Assembly (NCBI GenBank): GCA_964479955.1
Contig: CAYZNK010000003.1
Span: 2,329 to 66,328, forward strand
Length of the DNA stretch: 64,000 nucleotides
Origin: an uncultured Candidatus Saccharibacteria bacterium
Lineage (GTDB): Bacteria; Patescibacteriota; Minisyncoccia; Minisyncoccales; Staskawiczbacteraceae
Direction: 5' to 3'
Positions 45,480-56,053 of this stretch are shown piece after piece. The notes beneath the pieces are model-generated. The model did no database searches, was not told the origin of the DNA, and saw nothing but the letters and a program-made list of their open reading frames with translations. Position numbers and translations under genes: made by a program. Within the stretch, counting starts at the first letter, position 1. Each line of letters begins with the position of its first letter.

Positions 45480-48005
45480 ATGGCAGAAGAATCAAAATCA
45501 AAGTCGCCCCAACAGGGAAAAGTTGATAAAAGAGAAATTGTAACAGAGTTAAAAGAGTCATACATTGCTTATGCAATGTCTGTTATTGTCGCAAGAGCTT
45601 TGCCGGATGTAAGAGACGGATTTAAACCTGTTCACAGAAAAATTTTGTATTCTATGAATGAATTAGGGTTGTCAGCAGGAGGAAAATTCAGGAAATCAGC
45701 GGCAGTAACGGGAGATGTCTTGGCAAAATATCATCCGCACGGAGATGCGGCTGTTTATGATTCTATGGTAAGAATGGCTCAAGATTTTAACATGAGATAT
45801 CCGTTAATAAATGGGCAGGGAAATTGGGGTTCAATTGACGGAGACGGAGCTGCTGCAATGAGGTATACAGAGTGCAAGCTTACAAAAATAGGGGAAGAAA
45901 TGTTAAGGGATATTGAAAAAGACACTGTAAACTTTACAGATAACTATGACGGTACAAGACAGGAGCCGGTTGTTTTGCCTTCCCCATTTCCCCAGCTTCT
46001 TTTGAATGGAACCCTTGGAATTGCCGTTGGAATGGCTACAAACATACCGCCCCACAATATGACAGAGGTTTTGGACGCTTGTATATATATGTTAGACCAT
46101 CCAAAAGCTCAAACAGAAGACTTGTTTGAATTTATACAAGGCCCGGATTTTCCAACAGGCGGGATAATATACGACCAAAAAGAAATAATAACAGCCTACT
46201 CGCAGGGAAAGGGCTCAATTTTGATGCGCGGTAAAGCAGATGTTGTTGAAAAAAAAGACGGCTCTGAAAGGATTGTAATAACTGAAATCCCTTATCAGGT
46301 TTTAAAGTCCAGTCTTGTTGAGCAAATAGCCGATTTGGTTTCCGAAAAGAAAATAGAGGGCATAAAGGACATCAGAGATTTGTCCGACAGGGAAGGTATG
46401 AGAATTGTAATTGATGTTAAAAAAGGATTTCAACCCCAAAGGATTTTGAACAGGCTTTATAAGTTTACAAATTTGCAAAAAACTTTCCATTTAAATATGC
46501 TATCATTGGTTGGAGGAATACAGCCCGAAACCCTTTCCCTGACAGATGTTTTGAAATACTTTATTGAACACAGAAGAGAGGTTGTGACCCGCAGGACAAA
46601 GTTTGATTTGGAAAAGGCAAAAGACAGGGCCCATATTTTGGAAGGATTAATGATTGCCCTTAAAAATATTGATGAGGTAATACAGACAATTAAAAAATCA
46701 GCCGACAAAGAAGAGGCGAAAGCCAATTTGATTAAGAAGTTTAAGCTTACCGAAAGGCAGGCTTTAGCTATTTTGGAAATGAGGCTTCAGACATTGGCCG
46801 GCCTTGAAAGAAAAAAAATTGAAGATGAATTAAAGGAACTTTTGGAAAAGATTAAAGAGTTGACCGCAATTTTAAAAAGTCCGGAAAAACTATTTGCGAT
46901 TATTAAAAAAGAGTTTATAGAGCTTAAGGAAAAATTCGGTGATAAAAGGAAAACAAAAGTCATAAAGGGAAAACTTGGAGAAATCACAGAGGTTGATTTG
47001 GTGCCTTTGGAGGAGACTATAGTCACATTGACAACAGGCGGATATGTAAAGAGAATAAACCCGGCAACCTATAAAATACAGAAAAGGGGTGGAAAAGGAA
47101 TTATGGGAATGAAAACAATGGGAGACGACATTGTTGAGCATTTTTTATGCGCTTCAACGCACGACAACCTGATGTTTTTTACTGATTCGGGAAAAGTTTT
47201 TCAAACGCAGGTTTATGAAATACCGGAAGGGACAAGAGTTGCCAGGGGAAGGGGTCTTTTAAACTTTTTGGAACTGTCAACAGAAGAAAAAGTTTTGTCG
47301 CTAGTTCCAACAGCGTCTTCTCTTTCTAAGGCAAAAGACAATAAAGTTGATGCGGAAAAGTCAAAATATCTGGTGATGGTAACAAAAAACGGCAGGATTA
47401 AGAAAACATCCCTGGAAGAGTTTGACAATGTGAGAAAGTCAGGAATTATAGCAATAAAACTGGAAAAAGGAGACTTGTTAAAAAAGGTTGTCAAAACATC
47501 TGGAGAAGATGACATAATTTTAACTACAAAAAACGGGATTGCAATAAGGTTTAAGGAAAAAGATATAAGGCCAATGGGAAGGTCAGCTGCAGGAGTCAAA
47601 GGTATAAGAATCAAAAAAGGAGACGAGGTTGTTGGAATGGATGTGATAGAAAAAAATCCGCCGATAGATGAAAAAACAAAAAAGCCGGTAAAACAGTATC
47701 TGCTTGTTGTAATGGAAAACGGCTATGGAAAGCGCACTGACATTTCGCAGTACAAAATTCAGGGCAGAGGCGGTTCAGGAATTAAAACAGCAAAAATTAC
47801 CTCAAAAACAGGAGGTATAGTCTTGGCCTCAAAATTGGAAGATATAGCTGACGAAGAAGATTTGATTGTCATTTCAAGAAAAGGTCAGGTTATAAGGACA
47901 AGTGTAAAATCAATATCTTTGCTTGGAAGGGATACTCAGGGAGTCAGGATTATGAGATTGGAAGACGGTGACAGAGTTGCATCCGGAGCTTGCTTAAAAG
48001 ATTAA
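45480..48005 (+). CDS. gyrA: DNA gyrase subunit A
   Basis: [14 protein letters not shown] (catalytic Tyr), and C-terminal beta-pinwheel repeats. Confidence 0.95.
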   Translation: MAEESKSKSPQQGKVDKREIVTELKESYIAYAMSVIVARALPDVRDGFKPVHRKILYSMNELGLSAGGKFRKSAAVTGDVLAKYHPHGDAAVYDSMVRMAQDFNMRYPLINGQGNWGSIDGDGAAAMRYTECKLTKIGEEMLRDIEKDTVNFTDNYDGTRQEPVVLPSPFPQLLLNGTLGIAVGMATNIPPHNMTEVLDACIYMLDHPKAQTEDLFEFIQGPDFPTGGIIYDQKEIITAYSQGKGSILMRGKADVVEKKDGSERIVITEIPYQVLKSSLVEQIADLVSEKKIEGIKDIRDLSDREGMRIVIDVKKGFQPQRILNRLYKFTNLQKTFHLNMLSLVGGIQPETLSLTDVLKYFIEHRREVVTRRTKFDLEKAKDRAHILEGLMIALKNIDEVIQTIKKSADKEEAKANLIKKFKLTERQALAILEMRLQTLAGLERKKIEDELKELLEKIKELTAILKSPEKLFAIIKKEFIELKEKFGDKRKTKVIKGKLGEITEVDLVPLEETIVTLTTGGYVKRINPATYKIQKRGGKGIMGMKTMGDDIVEHFLCASTHDNLMFFTDSGKVFQTQVYEIPEGTRVARGRGLLNFLELSTEEKVLSLVPTASSLSKAKDNKVDAEKSKYLVMVTKNGRIKKTSLEEFDNVRKSGIIAIKLEKGDLLKKVVKTSGEDDIILTTKNGIAIRFKEKDIRPMGRSAAGVKGIRIKKGDEVVGMDVIEKNPPIDEKTKKPVKQYLLVVMENGYGKRTDISQYKIQGRGGSGIKTAKITSKTGGIVLASKLEDIADEEDLIVISRKGQVIRTSVKSISLLGRDTQGVRIMRLEDGDRVASGACLKD

Positions 48006-48008
48006 TTG

Positions 48009-48038
48009 TTGCAATCTTTTTTGCATATTTGGTATAAT
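48009..48038 (+). promoter_or_regulatory. Promoter candidate for the pilin-like cluster (TTGCAA-18-TGgTATAAT)
   Basis: TTGCAA at 48009-48014 and an extended -10 TGGTATAAT at 48030-48038. Confidence 0.5.
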
Positions 48039-48065
48039 AAAGAAAGAAGTTTTTTGCTACACATC

Positions 48066-48410
48066 ATGAATCAAAAGAAGTCTTTATTATTTTTAAAATG
48101 TATTCTATTAGGCATAGTTGTCTTTTTTCCCTTTTTTGCAAGTGCAGCAGTAACCCTTGTAAATCCGATAGGATATAATGACTTCCCTTCTTTGCTCACT
48201 GCAATAGCGCAGGGAGTAGCTGTTTTAATCGGTTCTCTATCTGTTATAATGATTATATGGTCTGGAATTTTATTCCTTGTTTCTGCCGGAGACCCTGCAA
48301 AGATACAAAAAGCAAAAAGCTCTTTAACTTGGGCAATAATTGGAATAGCGATTGCAATATCAGCAGAAGTTATAATAGAAACAATAAAAGGAATTCTTGG
48401 AGCCAAATAA
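48066..48410 (+). CDS. TrbC/VirB2-like (T4SS-type) pilin paralogue 1
   Basis: Signal peptide ending ASAA, then TM1, LVSAGDPAKIQKAK, TM2. The track start at 48006 is TTG. Confidence 0.65.
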   Translation: MNQKKSLLFLKCILLGIVVFFPFFASAAVTLVNPIGYNDFPSLLTAIAQGVAVLIGSLSVIMIIWSGILFLVSAGDPAKIQKAKSSLTWAIIGIAIAISAEVIIETIKGILGAK

Positions 48411-48472
48411 CAATTTAAAAGGTCGAGTTTAATTGATTATAAGTTTATTTAATAAAAGTAATCACTAATAAA

Positions 48473-48796
48473 ATGAAAAAAACTTTATTAAATTTAGCAT
48501 TGTTGGGAATGTTGGTTTTACCAGTTGCAGCTGCAGCCCAAGTGGGGGGACAGCCTCCAGATGTAAGCGGACTTGACCTTGAGGGCATTGGAAACATTAT
48601 TGCTGACGCCGCATGGGTTGTATTTACAATACTTGCAGTTGTTATGTTTGTTGTTGCCGGTATTATGTTTTTAACAGCCCAGGGAGACGCAGAAAAGGTA
48701 AAAAATGCGAGAAACGCATTTTTATGGGGAGTTGCCGGAATTGTTGTTGCAATTTTAGCCTTTGGAATAATAACAATTGTAGGGAGCGTATTCTAA
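48473..48796 (+). CDS. TrbC/VirB2-like pilin paralogue 2
   Basis: Signal peptide (..VAAAAQ), then TM1, FLTAQGDAEKVKNAR, TM2. Confidence 0.7.
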   Translation: MKKTLLNLALLGMLVLPVAAAAQVGGQPPDVSGLDLEGIGNIIADAAWVVFTILAVVMFVVAGIMFLTAQGDAEKVKNARNAFLWGVAGIVVAILAFGIITIVGSVF

Positions 48797-48872
48797 GAAT
48801 TGAGCTTGATTTTTTGCCGGGCATTGTTTTTTTGATAATGCCCGGCAAATAAAATTATTTTAAAAAACGATT

Positions 48873-49205
48873 ATGGAAAAAAATAAATTGACAGGACTAA
48901 AAATTTTATTTGTTTCTGCCTCGATTCTATCTGGCGCCCAATTAGCATCAGCCCAAGTTTCTTCTGATATTACAATCACCGGATTGGCCGCAAACGTTGC
49001 AAATGTTATTTGGATTGTTGCCACGGTTATTGTAGTTGTTTTTTGGGTTATTACAGGAGTCGCTTTTTTAACAGCCCAGGGAGACCCCTCAAAAATGCAA
49101 AAAGCAAAATTAGCCTTGTTTACTGCAGTGGGGGGAACAGTGATAGTTGTGTTAGCATATTCAGTAATGAGTATTATTTCTAATGCCATATTTTTGGGCA
49201 CATAA
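48873..49205 (+). CDS. TrbC/VirB2-like pilin paralogue 3
   Basis: Signal peptide (..LASAQ), then TM1, FLTAQGDPSKMQKAK, TM2. Confidence 0.7.
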   Translation: MEKNKLTGLKILFVSASILSGAQLASAQVSSDITITGLAANVANVIWIVATVIVVVFWVITGVAFLTAQGDPSKMQKAKLALFTAVGGTVIVVLAYSVMSIISNAIFLGT

Positions 49206-49208
49206 CAT

Positions 49209-49520
49209 ATGAATAAAAAAACATTATATTTTTTAATTTTTATATCTGGAATTATATTTTTTCCTCTTGCGGCGTCAGCAACAGTTCCAGAGATAGTGAC
49301 TAGTGTTCAAAATGCATTTGTAACTGTTGGCGGGTCTATAGTGGTTATTGGATGGGTAATAGCGGGTATTTTGTATTTGACTGCGGCAGGCAACGCCACC
49401 AAACTTGAAATAGCAAAAAAAGCTTTATTTGCTTGTGTGATAGGGACTGCTTTAATAGTATTAGCTGGAGTAGCAGAAGAATTAATAGATGCTTTGTTGA
49501 ACAATCCGTTTGGAAACTAG
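49209..49520 (+). CDS. TrbC/VirB2-like pilin paralogue 4
   Basis: Signal peptide (..AASAT), then TM1, YLTAAGNATKLEIAK, TM2. Confidence 0.65.
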   Translation: MNKKTLYFLIFISGIIFFPLAASATVPEIVTSVQNAFVTVGGSIVVIGWVIAGILYLTAAGNATKLEIAKKALFACVIGTALIVLAGVAEELIDALLNNPFGN

Positions 49521-49561
49521 AGTATAAATACCGTTTACATAAATCTATATTTAAAATAAAA

Positions 49562-49596
49562 ATGGCATAACAATTGGCTTTTAGTGCCATTTTTTT
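49562..49596 (+). terminator. Rho-independent terminator after the pilin cluster
   Basis: atggca/tgccat stem followed by TTTTTT. Confidence 0.6.
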
Positions 49597-49638
49597 GTAT
49601 AATTTATAGTGATGCCTTACAGGCAGAGAGCTGAAATT

Positions 49639-49721
49639 GCGGGTATGGCGAAACAGCAGACGCGCCAGCCTTAGGAGCTGGTGGGAGAAATCCCGTGAGG
49701 GTGCAAATCCTTCTACCCGCA
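49639..49721 (+). tRNA. tRNA-Leu(TAG), type II, with T-loop TGCAAAT
   Basis: Acceptor gcgggta/tacccgc, anticodon stem gccagc/gctggt, loop ctTAGga, T-arm gaggg-tgcaaat-ccttc. Confidence 0.8.
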
Positions 49722-49731
49722 CAAATAAAAA

Positions 49732-49760
49732 AATTGCCCCGCTTTAGCCGGGGCAATTTT
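49732..49760. terminator. Bidirectional terminator hairpin
   Basis: ttgccccg/c(c)ggggcaa stem flanked by an A-run and a T-run, between tRNA-Leu (+) and hsp20 (-). Confidence 0.7.
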
Positions 49761-49772
49761 AGTTTTTAATTT

Positions 49773-50177
49773 TTATGCCGATTTTATGCCGATTTTTCCT
49801 TTTCCATTAATATCTGTTTTGGGAATCTTTATTGTCAGCACTCCTTTGTCCATCTGCGCATCGGCGCTATCTATGTCAATGTTTTCAGGCAGAACAATTT
49901 TCCTTGAAAACGGACCCCAATAGCACTCTTGATAAAAATATTTCCTGCCGCTGTTGTCGTGCGGGTCGCACCTGTTTCCTTTTATAATCATCATATCTTT
50001 TTCTAAAGATATATCAATGTCTTTTATTTGGGTTCCAGCTATTGCCGTTAAAACCACAAAATCAGAGTTTGTTTCATATACATCTACTACCAATTCTCCA
50101 TCTTGGTCAAAAAGTTCTGACGATGCTCCTTCTTTCTCCTCATATGAAAGGTTTTTAGGATTTAATTTTTTTGCCAT
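49773..50177 (-). CDS. Hsp20/alpha-crystallin small heat-shock protein
   Basis: Alpha-crystallin domain ending GVLTIKIPK. The ATG at 50177 avoids overlap with the upstream gene. Confidence 0.85.
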   Translation of the reverse strand: MAKKLNPKNLSYEEKEGASSELFDQDGELVVDVYETNSDFVVLTAIAGTQIKDIDISLEKDMMIIKGNRCDPHDNSGRKYFYQECYWGPFSRKIVLPENIDIDSADAQMDKGVLTIKIPKTDINGKGKIGIKSA

Positions 50178-50212
50178 AAAATAAATAAATTTTAATGATT
50201 TTTTTGTTTTTT

Positions 50213-50947
50213 CTAATTGTCCTGCTTCAAATTGCAAATACTTCTAATTTCTTTTAATTTTTCAAATCCAAAAGATGTTAGAATAGCAAGTATAATTAAA
50301 ATTGATATGGGAACAACTGTTTTTAAACTGCCCTCTAATGCTATTATAGAAAAATCATAAAGCCCGTGCAAGGTTGTGGCAATAAATAATCCTAAAAACA
50401 TATAAATAAACCTGTTTTTTAATTTACAAAGGGAAAGAGCTAGGACATATCCAATTATGGCAGAGCATAATGTATGCAAAAATGTTGCCCCTACAAATCT
50501 TATAAAGCTCAAAATCAATGTCCTGTTTATTATATCTGTAAAAGAAAATGAAGACGGCGCAAATAGATAAAGAGTATTTTCCACTGCCGCAAATCCAAGT
50601 GCAGAAATTACCATATATATCATAACATCTATTGGTTCGTCTAAATGAGGGCTGTTTATAACCTTTAGTTTTATTACAAAGTATTTAAAAATTTCTTCCG
50701 TAAAAGATATTACCAAAAACCAATATATCAGGCTTGCAAAAAATGGGTTTATATCAATATTTTTCAGTAATGATGTCATTCCCATCTGTAAAAATAATAC
50801 AGGAATGGTCATAAAGGCTCCCCAGAAAAATATTTTTAAAATCATTGTTTTGGATTCAGGAAGGTTGTCTTTTTTAAGATAATAAAAAAGCCAAGTCAAA
50901 CTAGGAATCAATCCGAAAACTATATATAAAATGATAATAAAATCCAT
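50213..50947 (-). CDS. PrsW-family intramembrane metalloprotease
   Basis: Polytopic membrane protein with FTEEIFKY (EExxK) and HGLYD motifs. Confidence 0.75.
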   Translation of the reverse strand: MDFIIILYIVFGLIPSLTWLFYYLKKDNLPESKTMILKIFFWGAFMTIPVLFLQMGMTSLLKNIDINPFFASLIYWFLVISFTEEIFKYFVIKLKVINSPHLDEPIDVMIYMVISALGFAAVENTLYLFAPSSFSFTDIINRTLILSFIRFVGATFLHTLCSAIIGYVLALSLCKLKNRFIYMFLGLFIATTLHGLYDFSIIALEGSLKTVVPISILIILAILTSFGFEKLKEIRSICNLKQDN

Positions 50948-50982
50948 TTTAAATTTAAAATTGAAAGGTAAATTTTAAAGAA

Positions 50983-53112
50983 TTAGAAATTCCAATCTTC
51001 TATTATCAGCAAACTGTTTTTATTGTCGGGTAAATCTTGCCAGATTCTTTCTGTTACGAAAGGCATAAAAGGATGCATAATTTTTAGCGAGCCGGATAGA
51101 ATTTCCAAAAGCATTTTTTGTGTTGATGTCCTTGTTTTTTCATCGGATTCCGGCAAAAGATTCTTTTTACTTTCTTCTATGATTCTGTCGCAAAATGTAT
51201 GCCAAAAATAATGGTATATTTTTTCAGAAGCCATGTAGAATCTGAAGTTATCCATATCTTTGGTTATCTCCTTTGCTATTTTTTGGAAATCTTTTATATT
51301 TTTTTTGTCCTTGGAGCCTAAAGCAATTTTAGTATTTTTATTGTAGCCGTTTAAATTCATTAAAACAAACCGCGAAGCATTCCAAATTTTTGTTGAAAAA
51401 TTTCTGTATCCCCTGATTTTATTTTCATCCAGCGGAAGAGATGTTCCGGGAGTATTTCCAACAACCAGTCCCATTCTCAAAGAATCTGTGCCATATTTTT
51501 CAGTCAAATCAAGCGGATTTATGACATTCCCTTTTGACTTTGACATTTTTTGACCCTTTGCATCTAAAACCAATCCATGCATATAAACATTTTTAAATGG
51601 AACTTTTTTGGTATTATAAAGAGAAAACATTATCATCCTTGATACCCAAAAGAAAATTAAATCTCCACCGGTTTCCATAATGTCTGTGGGATAAAACGTT
51701 TTAAAATCTTTTGATTTAGGGTATCCCAATGAAGCATAAGGCCATTGCCCGGAAGAAAACCATGTATCAAAAGTGTCCGTTTCTTTTTTAAATTCCCCAT
51801 TGCATTTTTTGCATTTTTTTATTTTGTCATTTATATCAATAAAGGTTTCTCCGCACTTTTTACATGTTTTTGCCGGAATGCTTATACCCCAGACAATTTG
51901 GCGGGAAATATTCCAGTCTATTATGTTGTTTAACCAATGCAGAGCTATTTTTTTATAATGCCCTGGTATAAATTTAACATCACTATTTTTAATTGCTTTT
52001 ATTGCGGGAGCAGCCAAGGGCTTCATTTTTAAAAACCACTGGGTTTTTATTTGAGGCTCAATAAGTGTTCCGCACTTGTAGCATACTTTAATAATGTGCT
52101 TGTAGTCCTGTTCTATCTTTTCAACAAGCCCCTTTGCCTGTAATTTTTCAATTATTTTTGGCCTTGCTTCCATAATTTTCATTCCCGAAAATTCTCCTGC
52201 AATTGGTAAAAGCCTACCCATAAAGTCTATTATCTGTTCTTTTTCCAAATTATGCCTTTCTGCTATTTCAAAATCTGTTTGGTCATGCCATGGTGTTATT
52301 GTCATTACACCTGTTCCAAAATCCATATCAATTGCTTCATCTTTAATGACAGTGGCTATTATAGGGCCGTTGATCCATTCCAGTTCAATTTTTTGTCCGT
52401 GTTTGTAGTCTTTATACCTTTTGTCTTTTGGGTGCATTACAACATATTTATCTCCAAACTTTGTTTCAGGTCTGGCTGTTGCAATTGTAAAAGGGCCGTA
52501 TTTCAAATAATAAAATTTATCCGATTTTTCTTCATCTTTTGTTTCCAGGTCAGAGAGAGATGTTTGATGCTTTGGGCACCAGTTGACTATTTTTTTTCCT
52601 TTATAAACCAAGCCGTCTTTATAAAATTTTTCAAAAGTATTATAAACCGTTTTTACGATATCGGCGTCCAATGTAAATTTTTCCCTTGACCAATCGCACG
52701 AAGCTCCCATTTTTTTAACTTGGTTTTTTATATTTTTTTTGTTTTCTTCCGTAAAGTTCCAGATTTCTTTGTAAAGTTCTTCTGGGGTCATTTTAAATCT
52801 TGACCTCTCTTCTTTCTCCAATTTTTTTTCGTAAACAACTTGAGTTTCAAATCCTGCATGGTCAAGGCCAGGCAACCATAGAGCTTTAAATCCTCTCATT
52901 CTTTTGTATCTTGTCATTATATCCTCAATCGTCATAACCAAAGCATGGCCTGCGTGCAGGTTTCCGTTTGCATTTGTTGGGGGCATTATTATACAAAAAG
53001 GTTTTTTGTGGCGGGGAGGCAGTTTGTCTGGATTAAAAAAACCAGACTCTTCCCAGAGCTTGTAAATTTTTTCTTCTGTTTCTTTTGCATTGTACTGCGC
53101 GGGGAGTTCCAT
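50983..53112 (-). CDS. valS: Valyl-tRNA synthetase (short, no C-terminal coiled coil)
   Basis: PPTNANGNLHAGHAL (HIGH region), TWFSSGQWPYASLGYP, KMSKSKGN. Confidence 0.88.
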   Translation of the reverse strand: MELPAQYNAKETEEKIYKLWEESGFFNPDKLPPRHKKPFCIIMPPTNANGNLHAGHALVMTIEDIMTRYKRMRGFKALWLPGLDHAGFETQVVYEKKLEKEERSRFKMTPEELYKEIWNFTEENKKNIKNQVKKMGASCDWSREKFTLDADIVKTVYNTFEKFYKDGLVYKGKKIVNWCPKHQTSLSDLETKDEEKSDKFYYLKYGPFTIATARPETKFGDKYVVMHPKDKRYKDYKHGQKIELEWINGPIIATVIKDEAIDMDFGTGVMTITPWHDQTDFEIAERHNLEKEQIIDFMGRLLPIAGEFSGMKIMEARPKIIEKLQAKGLVEKIEQDYKHIIKVCYKCGTLIEPQIKTQWFLKMKPLAAPAIKAIKNSDVKFIPGHYKKIALHWLNNIIDWNISRQIVWGISIPAKTCKKCGETFIDINDKIKKCKKCNGEFKKETDTFDTWFSSGQWPYASLGYPKSKDFKTFYPTDIMETGGDLIFFWVSRMIMFSLYNTKKVPFKNVYMHGLVLDAKGQKMSKSKGNVINPLDLTEKYGTDSLRMGLVVGNTPGTSLPLDENKIRGYRNFSTKIWNASRFVLMNLNGYNKNTKIALGSKDKKNIKDFQKIAKEITKDMDNFRFYMASEKIYHYFWHTFCDRIIEESKKNLLPESDEKTRTSTQKMLLEILSGSLKIMHPFMPFVTERIWQDLPDNKNSLLIIEDWNF

Positions 53113-53138
53113 ATTATTCTTTATATTAACATTTTTCT

Positions 53139-54299
53139 TTATATCCGTAAATTTGCGTCAGCTTTTATATTCTTATATAAAGTTTTTTTGTTGCGATAGA
53201 ACCATGCAGTTATGGCTGTCATTAGTCCGTTGTCGGTTGAGAGGTTGGCTTCAGGTACCAAAAGTTCGGTTTTTGGCAATTCTTTTTGTATTTTTTCTAT
53301 AAATTGTTTTTTAAGTTCTTGATTGGCTGAAACCCCTCCTCCCAAAATTATTGTTTTAACGTTAAAATCTTTTGCAGCTTTTATGGTTTTTTTGACTAAG
53401 ACATCAATTACGGCCTGTTGGATTTCTTTTGCAAAAACAATTTTTTGGCCCTCTGTTTTTTTAGATTTTTTCCAGGCGTAAAGTATAGCAGTTTTTAGCC
53501 CCGAGAAAGAAAAATCATAATCTTTTGTGTTTATCATTGGTCGCGGAAGATTTACGGAGGTCAGACCTCCGTAAGGTTTTTGGGCTAATTTAGAAATTTC
53601 TGGGCCTCCGGGGTATTCAAGTCCTAAAATTTTTGCGGCTTTGTCAAAGCATTCTCCTGCAGCATCGTCACATGTCTCTCCCAGAATTTTATATTTGCCA
53701 ATAGCTTTTGCCAGAATTATTTGCGTATGCCCGCCGGATACAACCAAAGCAATTGCCGGAAAATTTATTTTTTTGGCAGATAATAAGTTAACTAAAATAT
53801 GGCCTTCTATGTGGTTGGTTGCAACAATAGGGATATCCCAAAAATATGAAATTGCCCTTGCAAAATTTACCCCAACCCACAAACAGGGCTCAAGACCCGG
53901 GCCATTTGTAACAGCGATTAAATCAACGTTTGGTTTTTTGTATTTTTGAAAAAATGGGATTAGATTTTTTAACAGTTCCGGCTCTCTTTCTAAAATGGAG
54001 TTTAGGGTTTTAATTTTAAAGTTTGGGATTTTATTGGTTTTTGGTCCGCCGACTGGCGGATTGGTTTTGGGATTTAATGCTTCGGCCTCATTTAAAGCAT
54101 CGGTTAGAACGGGAATCAAATTACGCTGGTGCTCTCTTTTTGCCATTGCAGGAAAAACTCCGCCATATTTTTTATGAACTTCTGTCTGCGAAGAAACAAT
54201 ATTTGAAAGAACATTAAAAGAAGGGGTTTTATTCCCTTTTGCTTCCAAAATCGCAATTCCTGTGTCGTCGCAGGATGTTTCTATAGCTAACATCTTCAT
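53139..54299 (-). CDS. tsaD: tRNA N6-adenosine threonylcarbamoyltransferase TsaD
   Basis: LAIETSCDDTG, NHIEGHIL, and GGVSAN motifs, with a ~45-aa internal insertion. Confidence 0.9.
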   Translation of the reverse strand: MKMLAIETSCDDTGIAILEAKGNKTPSFNVLSNIVSSQTEVHKKYGGVFPAMAKREHQRNLIPVLTDALNEAEALNPKTNPPVGGPKTNKIPNFKIKTLNSILEREPELLKNLIPFFQKYKKPNVDLIAVTNGPGLEPCLWVGVNFARAISYFWDIPIVATNHIEGHILVNLLSAKKINFPAIALVVSGGHTQIILAKAIGKYKILGETCDDAAGECFDKAAKILGLEYPGGPEISKLAQKPYGGLTSVNLPRPMINTKDYDFSFSGLKTAILYAWKKSKKTEGQKIVFAKEIQQAVIDVLVKKTIKAAKDFNVKTIILGGGVSANQELKKQFIEKIQKELPKTELLVPEANLSTDNGLMTAITAWFYRNKKTLYKNIKADANLRI

Positions 54300-54361
54300 A
54301 AGATTATTTTTAGCTTAAAACTTGAAAAAAATCAATTTTTGCAGTATTGTAATCTTATATT

Positions 54362-54436
54362 GGTCCTATCGTCTAGCCTGGTCTAGGACATTTGGTTTTC
54401 ATCCAAAAAACTCGGGTTCAAATCCCGATAGGACCA
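54362..54436 (+). tRNA. tRNA-Glu(TTC)
   Basis: Acceptor ggtccta/taggacc, anticodon stem tttgg/ccaaa, loop ttTTCat, T-arm tcggg-ttcaaat-cccga. Confidence 0.85.
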
Positions 54437-54464
54437 CTTTTCTACTAAGGCAAATCTTTAAAAT

Positions 54465-56009
54465 ATGGATAAAAAAGAATATTTAGAAATTTCAAAAGCC
54501 AGCGACATTAAAGATGCAAAAGACAGAATTGTATATCGCATTTTAGAAATTATTCCTGGCGCCATGAGCCTGGGAACTCTTTTTGGAGTTCTTGTTTTTT
54601 CTTATTTAATTCCATCTTGGATTGCGATTTTTATAATTGTTTTTTGTTTTTTTTATTTAATAAGAATTTTATACTTTTCAATCCATCAGATTATTGGGTA
54701 CTTTAGGGTTAAGAGCAATTTGAAGGTAGATTGGCTAAAAAGATTAAAGAAAACAAAAGGAAAAAAATGGAAAGATATCTATCATATAGTTATCTTGCCA
54801 ACATATAAAGAAGAAAAACAGATAGTAAAAGATAGCATAGAAGCGATACTGAACTGTAATTACCCAAAAGAAAAATTGATAGTTGTTTTAGCAATTGAGG
54901 GCAGGGCAAAGGAGGTTGCTGTTAAAATGGCAAAAGAGATTGAAAATGAGTATAAAGATAAATTTTATAAATTTTTTGTATCAAAACATCCAGATAACAT
55001 TGCAGGAGAAATAGGAGGAAAAGGGTCTAATGTTGCATGGGCAGGCAAAGAAGTCAAAAAAATGGTTGATGAATTAAAAATTCCATACAAAAACATTTTA
55101 GTTTCTGCTTTTGACATTGACACCAAAGTCTATCCGCAATATTTTTCCTGCGTTACATGGCACTATCTGACAGAGCAAAATCCTGAAAATGCCAGTTATC
55201 AGCCAATTCCCATTTATAATAACAATATTTGGTCAGCGCCGGCTTTTTCCCGCGTTGTTTCCACATCAAATACTTTTTGGCAGATGATTCAACAGGAAAG
55301 GTCCGAGAAGCTTACAACTTATTCTTCCCACTCAATGCCAGCCAAAGTATTTTTTGAAGTTGGTTATCCTAATAACATAGTTTCCGATGATTCCAGAATT
55401 TTTTGGAAGGCTTATCTTTATTACGATGGAAATTATAAGGTTGTGCCGATTTATTATCTGGTTTCAATGGACGCTGTTATGGCAAAGAATTTTTGGCTGA
55501 CAGGAATTAACCAATACAAACAACAGAAGCGCTGGGCATGGGGATGTGTTGAAATTCCTTACATAATTTTTGGTTTTTTAAAAAACAAACAAATTCCAAA
55601 ATATAAAAAGATTTTGCACACAATAACAATTTTAGACGGATATTGGTCATGGGCAACAGCTGCTTTATTGCTATTCTTGCTTGGCTGGCTACCAATTTTG
55701 CTTGGGGGAAAAAGCTTTAACTTTACTGTCTTATCTTTTAATCTGCCTATTTTAACGGGCAGGATTATGACTATTTCTATGTTTGGAATGTGCATTTCCG
55801 CAATTTTAAGCACGGTTCTTTTACCGCCTTTGCCTAAAAACATGAGCTTGATTAAAAAATTAAAAAAGAGGTCTTTTATTCTTCTGCAATGGATGCTTTT
55901 GCCAATAACTTTAATTTTATTTGGGTCTTTGCCTGCAATTGATGCTCAAATCAGGCTGATGATTGGAAAGTATATGGGATTTTGGGTAACAGAAAAAATA
56001 AGAAAGTAA
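54465..56009 (+). CDS. Membrane-embedded processive family-2 glycosyltransferase
   Basis: ILPTYKEE.., FDIDT (D,D,D pattern), and QQKRWAWG (QxxRW), with TM segments at both ends. Confidence 0.75.
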   Translation: MDKKEYLEISKASDIKDAKDRIVYRILEIIPGAMSLGTLFGVLVFSYLIPSWIAIFIIVFCFFYLIRILYFSIHQIIGYFRVKSNLKVDWLKRLKKTKGKKWKDIYHIVILPTYKEEKQIVKDSIEAILNCNYPKEKLIVVLAIEGRAKEVAVKMAKEIENEYKDKFYKFFVSKHPDNIAGEIGGKGSNVAWAGKEVKKMVDELKIPYKNILVSAFDIDTKVYPQYFSCVTWHYLTEQNPENASYQPIPIYNNNIWSAPAFSRVVSTSNTFWQMIQQERSEKLTTYSSHSMPAKVFFEVGYPNNIVSDDSRIFWKAYLYYDGNYKVVPIYYLVSMDAVMAKNFWLTGINQYKQQKRWAWGCVEIPYIIFGFLKNKQIPKYKKILHTITILDGYWSWATAALLLFLLGWLPILLGGKSFNFTVLSFNLPILTGRIMTISMFGMCISAILSTVLLPPLPKNMSLIKKLKKRSFILLQWMLLPITLILFGSLPAIDAQIRLMIGKYMGFWVTEKIRK

Positions 56010-56053
56010 ATTTGACTAAAATAAAAATAACCGCTTTTAATCCAGCGGTTTTT

